A stretch of DNA of 20,000 bases. Source: an uncultured virus (IMG/VR IMGVR_UViG_3300037840_000505) (Duplodnaviria; Heunggongvirae; Uroviricota; Caudoviricetes). Position numbers and translations under genes: made by a program. Positions 6,083-13,981 of this stretch are shown one piece after another. The notes under the pieces are model-generated. The model worked only from the letters and a program-made list of their open reading frames with translations, searched no databases and was not told the origin of the DNA. Positions within the stretch are counted from its first letter, which is position 1; each line of letters opens with the position of its first letter. The stretch is taken from the IMG/VR virus record IMGVR_UViG_3300037840_000505. The stretch is one strand, 5' to 3'.

Positions 6083-7263
6083 GCCGGCGCCCCCTTCGGT
6101 AGGGCGAGGGGTTTCAGCCCATCAGCGGCCCTCAGCTGGTTCGCTAGATCGTAGAGGCGCTGCAGCGAGCTCGGCTTGCCGTCGAGCACCACTTCGACTT
6201 TCTCAAGCCAAACCGTTCGGCCATCTTGCGCGTCGGAAGGCTGGCCCTCGCGAATGATCGCGCTTCGGCCTTTGCCGCGCAGAAACGCCGCGACCTGCTC
6301 CGGCGATTGCACCAGGCTCACGCCCTTCTCGGCGATGAATTTGGCAATCGCGTCTCCGTCGGGCCCGGCGGGCTTCGGTTTCAGCGGCGGGGCTGTTGGC
6401 CGCAACGGCACCGCGGCGCGCGGGACAACCGGTCTAGCCGGTTCCGGCGCAGCGAGCGGCTTGGCTGCGGCGGCGCGTTGCGGCGTCAGCGCTCCGCGCA
6501 GCCCCGCGACGAGGAGCGGGATCGCGCCGGAACCACCGAGCCCGAGCGGGCTTGTCGCCGCCCATCGCTCGGGGCCGAGTTTTTCGAGCGCCCGGCGCAG
6601 CTCTTCGGCGCTTCCGTTTTCGTTCAGGAACCGCGCCGCCGCCTCAAAGAACGCGCCGTGCAATACTCCCCGTTCGCGGCCCCAGCACGCCATCAGCACC
6701 GCGATGGCAGAACCGAGATTAGCCGCGCCCTGGGTTTTCAGCGCCCTGCGCAGCGACGGGATCGCCGCGGTTTTGCCTGGCGGCACCTGTTTGATCGCCA
6801 TCGCGTAACCGAGCAATTCGAGACCGGCCGCATCGGCAAGGCGCTTGAGTTCTACCGCCTCCGGGCGCCCCGCGAGCAATTCCCCCTTGAATAGAGCTTG
6901 TGGGCTAAGCCCAAGGCGGTCGCGGTTCGCCGACGCGAAGATTTCAGCGGCCTGGTCAGTCGAGGTGACGCCGACGACGACCGCCGGCACCAGCGGCTGG
7001 CCGACCGCCCGCGCCGCGGCGACGCGGTGCTGGCCGTCGATAATTTCCCAACGGCCGCCCTCCTTCGCCATGACGATGACGACCTGAAACTTCGCCCAGC
7101 GAAAATTCGCGGCTATTCGGGCGATATGACGCTGCGAGGCAGGACGGTCGATCGTGCGCTGATACGCCTCATCGACGTCGAGCCGGTCGACCGGGAGCCA
7201 CGCGAGCTCCGGACGCGGACCCGGACCGGGCGCGTCGGCAGCGTTCAGCACCGCGTCCACCAC
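6079..7263 (-). CDS. ParB/Srx N-terminal domain protein
   Basis: LAWLPVDRLDVDEAYQR...WEIIDGQHRVAAA...VPAVV; Pro/Ala linker and an extra C-terminal domain. Confidence 0.85.
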   Translation of the reverse strand: MVDAVLNAADAPGPGPRPELAWLPVDRLDVDEAYQRTIDRPASQRHIARIAANFRWAKFQVVIVMAKEGGRWEIIDGQHRVAAARAVGQPLVPAVVVGVTSTDQAAEIFASANRDRLGLSPQALFKGELLAGRPEAVELKRLADAAGLELLGYAMAIKQVPPGKTAAIPSLRRALKTQGAANLGSAIAVLMACWGRERGVLHGAFFEAAARFLNENGSAEELRRALEKLGPERWAATSPLGLGGSGAIPLLVAGLRGALTPQRAAAAKPLAAPEPARPVVPRAAVPLRPTAPPLKPKPAGPDGDAIAKFIAEKGVSLVQSPEQVAAFLRGKGRSAIIREGQPSDAQDGRTVWLEKVEVVLDGKPSSLQRLYDLANQLRAADGLKPLALPKGAPA

Positions 7264-7511
7264 GGACCTTCAGCGGGTTCTTCGGCGAGTTCTTTATCAC
7301 CCTCGGCGCTCAGCCAGTTGCCTTCCCTGCGGGTGACCGCGCGCGTCCCGGTGACCCGGTTGACGATCTCGACCTCGCCTTCGGGCCAATGCTCGTCCGC
7401 CCATCCTTGGGCGCCGAGGAGCGACTTGAAATGCTTGGGTCCATGGATGCCGCGCCTGGCGCTCCACGGCCGCTCCAGGCGCCTATCGTGCTGTTCCTTG
7501 CGGCTCAGCAT
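7245..7511 (-). CDS. Hypothetical protein
   Basis: ATG 7511 overlaps the stop of the upstream small ORF. Confidence 0.6.
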   Translation of the reverse strand: MLSRKEQHDRRLERPWSARRGIHGPKHFKSLLGAQGWADEHWPEGEVEIVNRVTGTRAVTRREGNWLSAEGDKELAEEPAEGPWWTRC

Positions 7512-7609
7512 CGCCTCAGCCACAGATAAAGCTTCTCAAGACAGCCCATCGCAAAGGCAAACCCGCAGCTAATACTGACGAGCGAGACCAGGAGGAAAAG
7601 ATCGCTCAC
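7505..7609 (-). CDS. Small membrane peptide (34 aa)
   Basis: Manual: MSDLFLLVSLVSISCGFAFAMGCLEKLYLWLRRC*, GTGA overlap with the upstream gene. Confidence 0.55.
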   Translation of the reverse strand: MSDLFLLVSLVSISCGFAFAMGCLEKLYLWLRRC

Positions 7610-8130
7610 GGATGCGCCGCCTCGGCTTCGGTCTCGCGCTTGACGAGCAAAACCGAGAACCCTCCCCGGCCGAAAAGATAATTGAGCGCGCGCCGCCAGT
7701 TAAGGGAACGCAGTTCATCCGCTCCCGAGTAGGCGATGCCTTGATCCGCCAGAGCCGCGCGGATGACGTGAAGGACAACCGATTTGCCGGCACCTTCGGG
7801 CCCGCTTACCTCGACGGTTACTGGGTGCAGCTGGCGTGCGGCCGGCGGCGGGGCGCGATCTACGTCTGACCCCTCCCCGCCGGCCTTCTCCTCGCTCGGT
7901 GTATCCCAGGATGCGGCGACTAACTCAACCACGTCCCCGTATAGTTGGGTGGCAATGCCCAGCGCGTCCTCTGCGCGCGTCGGCGCCATCGGGCACGGTA
8001 TCGGCTCGGGCAGCTGTGGCGCCGCGGATTCGCCGTTGCGCCAGCGCTCCAAGGCTTCGGCGCGCCGGTTGAACTCGGGCGCAGCCATATTGGCTTTGGC
8101 ACGGAAGCGAGTCTTGAAGAAGGCCGTCAT
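7606..8130 (-). CDS. Hypothetical protein with a C-terminal P-loop motif
   Basis: VEVSGPEGAGKS Walker A-like motif in a short C-terminal domain. Confidence 0.65.
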   Translation of the reverse strand: MTAFFKTRFRAKANMAAPEFNRRAEALERWRNGESAAPQLPEPIPCPMAPTRAEDALGIATQLYGDVVELVAASWDTPSEEKAGGEGSDVDRAPPPAARQLHPVTVEVSGPEGAGKSVVLHVIRAALADQGIAYSGADELRSLNWRRALNYLFGRGGFSVLLVKRETEAEAAHP

Positions 8131-8540
8131 GCGACAGCCTCAAGATCGGCTGCCTCGATCCTCGGCGGGAGCGCCGGGAGGGCGAGCTCGACCCTGCCGT
8201 CATCGGCCTTCCATTGCCGGCGCATGCCGTGCGACAGCGGCCACAGGCTCTCGGCGGCGCCGGGAAACTCTTTGATATGCTCTTCGATATCTTCGAGGAC
8301 ATGATCGAAGACCCAGCCCCCGCAGTTGAGCACGAGCCATTCCGTCGCGACCGTGCAGTGCCGGCAGGTGAAATGCGTCAGCGGGTCACCGTCGTAGACC
8401 ATGAAAATGCGGCGATACCGCTCACCCGGCTCGATCGCGCGACGACACTCGCTACAGCTGTAGGGCTTGCGCGCGATCGGGTTTACTTCGGACCTAACCG
8501 TTGGGCCGTCACCGTCATAGTCGCCGCCCATGCACATCAC
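8127..8540 (-). CDS. Zn-finger phage protein
   Basis: ARKPYSCSECRRAIEPGERY...FTCRHC. Confidence 0.8.
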   Translation of the reverse strand: MMCMGGDYDGDGPTVRSEVNPIARKPYSCSECRRAIEPGERYRRIFMVYDGDPLTHFTCRHCTVATEWLVLNCGGWVFDHVLEDIEEHIKEFPGAAESLWPLSHGMRRQWKADDGRVELALPALPPRIEAADLEAVA

Positions 8541-8713
8541 GCAGCCTCCGGGCTCTGGAAGAACCCGCGCGCGTGAAGAAAGGCGCGCCCGTCATCGTCG
8601 AGCGGCTCCAACGCGAGGCACTGGGCGACCCAGCTTTCGTCGCCGGCGAGCGCGCGCAGCGCGTCGTAGAGCTGTTCGCCCGTGGGGCGCTGGCGCTGGG
8701 TGGTGCGGTCCAC
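8537..8713 (-). CDS. Hypothetical protein (58 aa)
   Basis: Manual: GTG 8713 with AAGGGG RBS, MDRTTQRQRPTGEQLYDALRALAG...PEAA*, stop overlaps the next start. Confidence 0.6.
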   Translation of the reverse strand: MDRTTQRQRPTGEQLYDALRALAGDESWVAQCLALEPLDDDGRAFLHARGFFQSPEAA

Positions 8714-8791
8714 GGTTTCCCCCTTCTCTTCAGCCCAATAACCGGGTGCCTCTTTGCGCCATCGCCTCGGGGGAGGAGGCGATTCGCCCGA

Positions 8792-9028
8792 CTACGCCAC
8801 CCAACTCCCGCGATTGCGGGGATCGTGCCGCTCCTCAAAGATCTCGTCCGGAGCATCGATGCCGCGCTCTTTCGCGAGCGCCTTAACCTTGCGCATGAGC
8901 CGTGGCGGCAGGCATCCTGCCCGGCGCCATTGGTAGACGGCGCCGACCGTCACTCCGGTCAATTCGGCGAACGGCTTGGTGCCGCCGAACGCGTCGATCA
9001 GTTCGTTGGTTTGCGCTATCAAGCCCAT
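8792..9028 (-). CDS. Cro-like transcriptional regulator
   Basis: LIDAFGGTKPFAELTGVTVGAVYQWRRAGCLPP; first gene of a divergent operon; AGGAGG upstream. Confidence 0.85.
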   Translation of the reverse strand: MGLIAQTNELIDAFGGTKPFAELTGVTVGAVYQWRRAGCLPPRLMRKVKALAKERGIDAPDEIFEERHDPRNRGSWVA

Positions 9029-9137
9029 AGGCCGCTTTTCCTCCTCTCGATCGCATTTGTCAATTGCCTTTTAAGTGTGAGGTCACCTATTCTCATTTTG
9101 ATGATGATCCCTCCCTCCCCACGGAAAGGCATCCCCC
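9029..9137. promoter_or_regulatory. Divergent promoter region
   Basis: AT-rich; TTGACA on minus at 9058-9063; TTGCCT-N18-TATTCT on plus at 9064-9093 containing the GTGA-gg-TCAC inverted repeat 9077-9086. Confidence 0.55.
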
Positions 9138-9389
9138 ATGCCCCAGTTACTGCAAGGCGCACCGCTCCCCGGTATGCAGCTCGGTTCCCGCTTTGGCCGG
9201 CGCCAGGCCTTCGATTTGCGCCAGCGGGTGACGATCAGCGGCACTCTCGTCCATTCGACCGACAAGAGCTATCTCATAGCGGGAACCAAGGCGCGGGCCT
9301 TTGTGCCGCGCGGGTTGGTCAGCCACAGCAAGGAAAACGGCACCTTCACGATGCCGGCTTGGCTCGCCCGGCATCGGGGGTTTGTCTGA
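9138..9389 (+). CDS. Small phage hypothetical protein
   Basis: AAAGG RBS; TDKSYLI...FVPR...TMPAWLA..RG pattern seen in small phage proteins; TGATG coupling. Confidence 0.7.
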   Translation: MPQLLQGAPLPGMQLGSRFGRRQAFDLRQRVTISGTLVHSTDKSYLIAGTKARAFVPRGLVSHSKENGTFTMPAWLARHRGFV

Positions 9390-9841
9390 TGCCCGGCTGG
9401 GTGAAGCTCGGCAATATCGCCGTGGTACGCCAGCCCTACCCGCTCCCCAAACGCCGGAAGCGCGAGAAGCTCGGCGTCCAGAAGGCGCCGCAGCGGATCT
9501 GGCCGAGGCATCGCCGGTGGGTGAAGAGCCATGAATGCTGCGTCGCCGGCTGCCGGGCCCTCGAGGTTGATTTCGCGCATATCAGGACGGCAGCGACAGC
9601 CGGGATGGCGCTCAAGAGCCACGACAGTTTCGGCGTACCCCTCTGCCGGTTGCATCATGACGAGCAGCACCGCTGCGGTCAGGGGACGTTCGAGGACCGC
9701 CACGGGATAGACCTCGACCAGATCGCGGCCGAACTGGTCCGCACCTCACCCGACCACAAGATGCGCCTGATGCTGATGCTGGAGGCGAGCGCAGCCTCGG
9801 AGACGATTGCGAACCCGGTTGTGGGGAAAGGCTTCATCTGA
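9389..9841 (+). CDS. DUF968 / Ref-like HNH-type nuclease
   Basis: HRRWVKSHECCVAGC...AHIR...KSHD.FGVPLCRLHHDEQH..G..TFE; true start ATG 9389. Confidence 0.85.
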   Translation: MPGWVKLGNIAVVRQPYPLPKRRKREKLGVQKAPQRIWPRHRRWVKSHECCVAGCRALEVDFAHIRTAATAGMALKSHDSFGVPLCRLHHDEQHRCGQGTFEDRHGIDLDQIAAELVRTSPDHKMRLMLMLEASAASETIANPVVGKGFI

Positions 9842-10308
9842 TGAAGACCGCCCTGAGTGCGATTTTGCTGATCGGGATGACCGCGGGCGCCTGGATCCAC
9901 GCCTTCTTCCAGGCGCCGCCTCCGCCGCAGAGGTTTCCCGAGTTGGAGTTCTTCAAGGCGGGCGAGATCGTGCCGGTCTACATCGCCGCGGCCTCTGGCG
10001 CAGTCCTGCGGTTCACCACCGACACCGTGGGGTGGCACGACAGGGATATGTGGGAGGTCAGGCCGGTCAAGGCGCGCAATGACGATATCGGCGACGGCGA
10101 CTATACCATCGCCGGCCTCTTTCGCGCCGAACGCCTCAGCGACGCCGATTGGGTGATCGAGGATGGGCGCATGAATATGTTTGTCGGCTGCCCCGCCGAC
10201 ATGCGCCAGCGCGCCGATAAAGACGATCACTGCGATGACCGCGCCTCAGCCTTTCACGATCTCGTTCCGCATCACCGCTGGTGGATGCACGGAGAGGGCG
10301 GCGAGTGA
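9841..10308 (+). CDS. Membrane-anchored or secreted hypothetical protein
   Basis: N-terminal hydrophobic segment; TGATG coupling. Confidence 0.7.
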   Translation: MKTALSAILLIGMTAGAWIHAFFQAPPPPQRFPELEFFKAGEIVPVYIAAASGAVLRFTTDTVGWHDRDMWEVRPVKARNDDIGDGDYTIAGLFRAERLSDADWVIEDGRMNMFVGCPADMRQRADKDDHCDDRASAFHDLVPHHRWWMHGEGGE

Positions 10309-10348
10309 TGGACCATTTTTGGCTCGAGCTTGAGAAAGGTTTCATCTG

Positions 10349-10462
10349 ATGAAGACCGTTCTCATCATCGGCAGCCTCGCCATCGCCAGTTGGCTTCTGG
10401 TCGGCGCGATCTTCTTTGTCGTCTTCACCCTCGCCAGTGCGATTTTTGGAGGAGCGGCATGA
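10349..10462 (+). CDS. Small membrane peptide (37 aa)
   Basis: Manual: MKTVLIIGSLAIASWLLVGAIFFVVFTLASAIFGGAA*, coupled ends. Confidence 0.6.
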   Translation: MKTVLIIGSLAIASWLLVGAIFFVVFTLASAIFGGAA

Positions 10463-10818
10463 CCAAGATCACCGAGAAGGAGTGGAACGTCGACGGTGAT
10501 GACCGACCGGGCATGGCGTGGAACCGGCACATCGTCCTCGCCGAAAACGCCGACATGCGCATCTGCTTCATGGCGCACGGCAGCGGCGTCAGCGATGACG
10601 AATTTGCCGAAGCGGCCCTGCTGATCGCTGGCGCACCGGCTCTCTTGCGTGCCGCACTGTTGCTCGAAGCGGCCGAGGAGGTACACGCCAATTGTCCGGA
10701 ATGCGACGGTGAAGGCGTACCGGAACTTTGTCCCGCGTGTTTCCCGCTTTTTGACGATGCCCGGATTGCCCGGCGCGCGGCGCTGGAGAAAGCCGCCAAT
10801 GGCGCGGTGATCGGATGA
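10459..10818 (+). CDS. Hypothetical protein with a CxxC..CxxC motif
   Basis: ATG 10459 with GGAGGAG RBS; A.LIAGAPALL motif typical of phage early proteins; CPEC...CPAC. Confidence 0.75.
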   Translation: MTKITEKEWNVDGDDRPGMAWNRHIVLAENADMRICFMAHGSGVSDDEFAEAALLIAGAPALLRAALLLEAAEEVHANCPECDGEGVPELCPACFPLFDDARIARRAALEKAANGAVIG

Positions 10819-11006
10819 ACGACAACACCCCAGCCGATCCCCTCATCGAAACCCGCATCAAGGGCGGGCTCCAGCATGGCGGTTTTGGCGTCGACTACCT
10901 GGACGGCGCCAATCTGGTAGAGCTGCACGGCGCCTACAGTATCGCTGAACTGGAAGCCGTTGCCCGGTATATGCGCGAGAAGGGAGCCCGACCCGATGGC
11001 GAATAG
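10815..11006 (+). CDS. Hypothetical protein
   Basis: ATGA overlap with the previous gene. Confidence 0.7.
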   Translation: MNDNTPADPLIETRIKGGLQHGGFGVDYLDGANLVELHGAYSIAELEAVARYMREKGARPDGE

Positions 11007-11283
11007 CGAACTCATCTCGCCGCCTGATCGGATTTCCGCCGGGTACGAGGATCGCCCCGGGCGCTTGCCGCAGACGATCGTCGCGGAGGTGTCAAAGAAC
11101 TGGCCGGGCGACCCCGAGGACTTGCTGTCGATGCGCTTCGAGGAGGTGATCGAGGTCAATCGGGAGCGCGGATACCAGCTCCAGTCATGGCACCTCAGCC
11201 GCGTCTACGTCGAAGAGGCCCTCAACGAGACGATCATCGCCGTCTTCGTGTGGGAAAAGGTAGCTGAGCCCGATGGCGAATAG
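10996..11283 (+). CDS. Hypothetical protein
   Basis: ATG 10996 with GGAG RBS; FEEVIEVNRERGYQLQSW...ETIIAVF. Confidence 0.7.
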   Translation: MANSELISPPDRISAGYEDRPGRLPQTIVAEVSKNWPGDPEDLLSMRFEEVIEVNRERGYQLQSWHLSRVYVEEALNETIIAVFVWEKVAEPDGE

Positions 11284-11641
11284 CGCTTTCGACCCGTGCA
11301 CCGAATGCGGCGCAAAATGGTATGGACCTCACGCGCCGAGATGCTCGATCGCGGCCGAGAAGTTTCTTAAGACCTTAGCCCAAGATGGCCGGGCAGTGGC
11401 GGCCGATAATCCGCGCTGCCCAAGCTGCGGTGCCGTCGAGGAGCGTTGGACCGAGACGGTGCCGCGCCATTCGGGCGATGGCGATAGCTGGTCGATCTCG
11501 TGCGGCGATTGCGGGCGCGACTACGAGGTCGAATTCCTTGTCAGCTACAGCTTTCGCGTGCGCGCGACCAAGCCAGAGCCCATCCCAGCGCCGGGGGTAT
11601 CCGGCGCACATGACCAACCCCCAGGGGAGACAAAGCCATGA
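11273..11641 (+). CDS. Zn-ribbon hypothetical protein
   Basis: CTEC..H...C, CPSC and CGDC motifs. Confidence 0.7.
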   Translation: MANSAFDPCTECGAKWYGPHAPRCSIAAEKFLKTLAQDGRAVAADNPRCPSCGAVEERWTETVPRHSGDGDSWSISCGDCGRDYEVEFLVSYSFRVRATKPEPIPAPGVSGAHDQPPGETKP

Positions 11642-11928
11642 CGAGAGACGAACTAGCAAAGCAACTGGCGGACGCGGGCCTTCTGCCATTGTCGCGCGCC
11701 GATACAATCATTCGCGCGATCGAGCACCGGATTTCCGAGGCATTGGCGCGGGGCGAGAGCGTCGAATTCTACGGGTTCGGCCGCTTTTCGGCGGTGACGA
11801 CCTTGCCGCGCACGGGAACCAATCCGCGCTCTGGCGAACCGATCCAAATCGGCCAGAAGAAGCGCGTCACCTTTAAGCCCGGCTCGGTCTTGAAGCGCGC
11901 GGTCGACCCAACACGCCAAGCCGCCTGA
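11638..11928 (+). CDS. hup: HU/IHF family DNA-binding protein
   Basis: MTRDELAKQLA...ALARGESVEFYGFGRF...RTGTNPRSGEPIQI...FKPGSVLKRAV. Confidence 0.95.
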   Translation: MTRDELAKQLADAGLLPLSRADTIIRAIEHRISEALARGESVEFYGFGRFSAVTTLPRTGTNPRSGEPIQIGQKKRVTFKPGSVLKRAVDPTRQAA

Positions 11929-12066
11929 ACCCCGCACGGCAGGAGGCTTGATCGTGGCCGGCCGCACTTTTGCCCTTGACGGGTAGCGGGCCGGCCGATG
12001 GCCGGCCTGAGTGCGATCCCTGAAACAGCGCGGAATTCCTAGCTTCTGCGCTAGTTAGGAGGTTAA

Positions 12067-12258
12067 ATGGTTTCCGACTTTGTTTTGGTATCGTCGGCCG
12101 TGTTGGCACTGGCACCTGAAAACCCGATGACCGCGCTCGCAAGCGCGTGGGCATCGCGCCATTACGGGATAGACGTTCCTTCCGTTGCAAGCTGGAGCCG
12201 CGTGCTGCAATTCTGGTTTCTGGTAATTGCAACTGGCTTCATCGAAAAACTACTTTAA
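12067..12258 (+). CDS. Small hydrophobic protein (63 aa)
   Basis: AGGAGG RBS 4 nt upstream; hydrophobic C-terminus. Confidence 0.45.
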   Translation: MVSDFVLVSSAVLALAPENPMTALASAWASRHYGIDVPSVASWSRVLQFWFLVIATGFIEKLL

Positions 12259-12298
12259 CCCGGCCGGCGCCCGGCCGGCCGTTCACCGGAGGAAGGAC

Positions 12299-12793
12299 AT
12301 GACCAGGCTACCGCTCGCGCTTTTGTTCGTCTTTGCGCTTGGCGCGGGAGCGCAGGCCCAGCAATGCAAGCTCGGGCCGATACCGGATCAGAGTGCGGGA
12401 TGTACGCCGGGGCTCGCGGCCTCAACCAATGAGGCGGATGTCTGCTCGCATGCCGGGGGAACCTACAGCCAGCGCCATCGACTGACGCAGAACCCCGAGA
12501 CGAAGCTCGAGGTCATGACCCGCTACGGGGTGCCCTTTGCGCAAGCCGGGAAGTTCGAGGACGACCACGACCTGCCGCTTTGCCTCGGAGGGTCCGATTC
12601 GGTCGCGAACCGCTGGCCGCAATCGCGCACGGGAGATTGGACCGCGGCGGAAAAAGACCAGCTCGAAGCCTTTGCCTGCCGCGAGGTCTGCGCCGGTCAT
12701 GTGCCGCTGGCAACCGCGCAGGGCTGGTTTCTTGCCCCCGCCGATTGGCGCCAGGCATACCGTGCTATGGCAGCGGGGACGCTGGTACCCTGA
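12299..12793 (+). CDS. Secreted HNH-like domain protein
   Basis: Signal peptide MTRLPLALLFVFALGAGAQA; EDDHDLPLCLGGSD...NRWPQ...KDQLE...C..VC.G...AQ. Confidence 0.75.
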   Translation: MTRLPLALLFVFALGAGAQAQQCKLGPIPDQSAGCTPGLAASTNEADVCSHAGGTYSQRHRLTQNPETKLEVMTRYGVPFAQAGKFEDDHDLPLCLGGSDSVANRWPQSRTGDWTAAEKDQLEAFACREVCAGHVPLATAQGWFLAPADWRQAYRAMAAGTLVP

Positions 12794-12908
12794 TCTCGTG
12801 ATTGAGCGGTCCGCGCTCGCTGCCTTCCGGCACGAACGGGCCGAGCGAAGGCGCGCAGCCGCACAGCCCCAACAGCAAGAACGCCAAGAAGAAGGCGAGC
12901 GCCCGCAT
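12765..12908 (-). CDS. Small lipoprotein (47 aa)
   Basis: Manual: MRALAFFLAFLLLGLCGCAPSLG...PLP*, lipobox-like LCGC; starts 1 nt after the lipase stop. Confidence 0.55.
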   Translation of the reverse strand: MRALAFFLAFLLLGLCGCAPSLGPFVPEGSERGPLNHEIRVPASPLP

Positions 12909-12909
12909 T

Positions 12910-13578
12910 TTACCCCAGCGCTCGCGCGCCCTTCTGGTAGAGCGCGATCGAGTGCCATTCGGCGTCGGGACTGATCTTCGAGAGGATCGTCGGCGGCGCG
13001 TTCGGATCGGGCGCCTCGTTGATCGCGGTGAAGGGCACGAGGTCGCGCCATTCGAGCCAGGGCGCGAACGGTTCGGGCACCTCCGGCACCGGGTCCGGAC
13101 CGTTGCGCAGGCTCGTCACCGGGACGCCCGAGGATTTGACCAGCGTCACCAAGTGGATCATGCCGGGTTTGGGGCAGCCGCAGAGGGCCACTTGAGCGAC
13201 GGGCAGATCATCGAGGATCGCCATCGCCGCAAGCTCCGCGGCGTGCGCGCCGCCGAGGCTGTGTCCGCTATAGGCCAATTTTGCCAAGGGGCGCAGCGCC
13301 TGGCAGATGGCCTCGTGCGCGGGGACGAGGCCGATTCCGAAGCCGTAGGGGACGAGACCGAGCGAGGGATAGCCGGGAACCGCGCGCGAGCCCTCCGATA
13401 TCCCGTCGATCCACCAATCCCTCAGATCGTCCGACCCGCGACAGTCGACGATATCGAAATCGCCCACCTGGCGGATCGCCCAGGCGATGCCGGCGGTTTG
13501 CTGCTGGACCGCGAAATGCCCCACGGGCGGTGCGTAATGCGCCGCCATCGTGTCGACCAGCTCAGGGAGCGGGATCAC
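12910..13578 (-). CDS. Lipase class 3 (alpha/beta hydrolase)
   Basis: CRGSDDLRDW, GHSLGG nucleophile elbow, GCPKPG, DPVPEVP, C-terminal His; GTG 13578 overlaps the upstream stop. Confidence 0.88.
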   Translation of the reverse strand: MIPLPELVDTMAAHYAPPVGHFAVQQQTAGIAWAIRQVGDFDIVDCRGSDDLRDWWIDGISEGSRAVPGYPSLGLVPYGFGIGLVPAHEAICQALRPLAKLAYSGHSLGGAHAAELAAMAILDDLPVAQVALCGCPKPGMIHLVTLVKSSGVPVTSLRNGPDPVPEVPEPFAPWLEWRDLVPFTAINEAPDPNAPPTILSKISPDAEWHSIALYQKGARALG

Positions 13579-13829
13579 TTGATTTTCGACCAGGGGTCGG
13601 AGCCATCGGCGCTCCACGTCTGTCCGTTGTGCTGAGTCGCGCCGCGTTCACAGTGCGCGCCTTGCGAGGCGTACCAGCCGTTACCCCCGAGGCTCCAGGG
13701 TTGAGCGGCTTGATCTATCTCACGAACGCGATCCCAGCATTCGGCCAGCGAAGGAAATTGCTCGTAGTGAGAGCTTTCCCCGCAGCCGAAGCCGCAAACC
13801 CATGCGACCAAAACGAATGTTTTGATCAC
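13575..13829 (-). CDS. Small Cys-containing exported hypothetical protein
   Basis: MIKTFVLVAWVCGFGC...FPSLAEC; GTGA overlaps at both ends. Confidence 0.65.
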   Translation of the reverse strand: MIKTFVLVAWVCGFGCGESSHYEQFPSLAECWDRVREIDQAAQPWSLGGNGWYASQGAHCERGATQHNGQTWSADGSDPWSKIK

Positions 13830-13981
13830 GGCGCCCTCGCGTGCTTGATGCCGCGGGCGTTGAAGCCGTGCAGCGCCTTGGCGAGCCCGACAACGGCGCC
13901 GAAGACCGCCGCGCAGAAGATCGCGCCGATGACGACGAAGGTCAGCAGCCATCGCGCCGCATCGGCGAGGAGCGGGATCAT
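13826..13981 (-). CDS. Small membrane protein (51 aa)
   Basis: MIPLLADAARWLLTFVVIGAIFCAAVFGAVVGLAK...; TGATG coupling. Confidence 0.65.
   Translation of the reverse strand: MIPLLADAARWLLTFVVIGAIFCAAVFGAVVGLAKALHGFNARGIKHARAP

Noticed and set aside
7549..7600. GCAAAGGCAAACCC resembling the start of a c-di-GMP-I riboswitch
   Set aside because: No matching GNRA stem or second hairpin, it is antisense to the operon, and the region is explained by a coupled 34-aa ORF
8805..8830. CCCGCGATTGCGGGGAT hairpin resembling a type I-E CRISPR repeat core
   Set aside because: Single copy inside the 3' end of the Cro-like gene, flanks do not match the repeat, and there is no array; short GC hairpins are expected by chance
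8501..9388. N-terminal extension of the 446-aa ORF 8501..9841
   Set aside because: Overlaps the Cro-like gene, the promoter region and ORF 9138; the coupled ATG at 9389 is the plausible start
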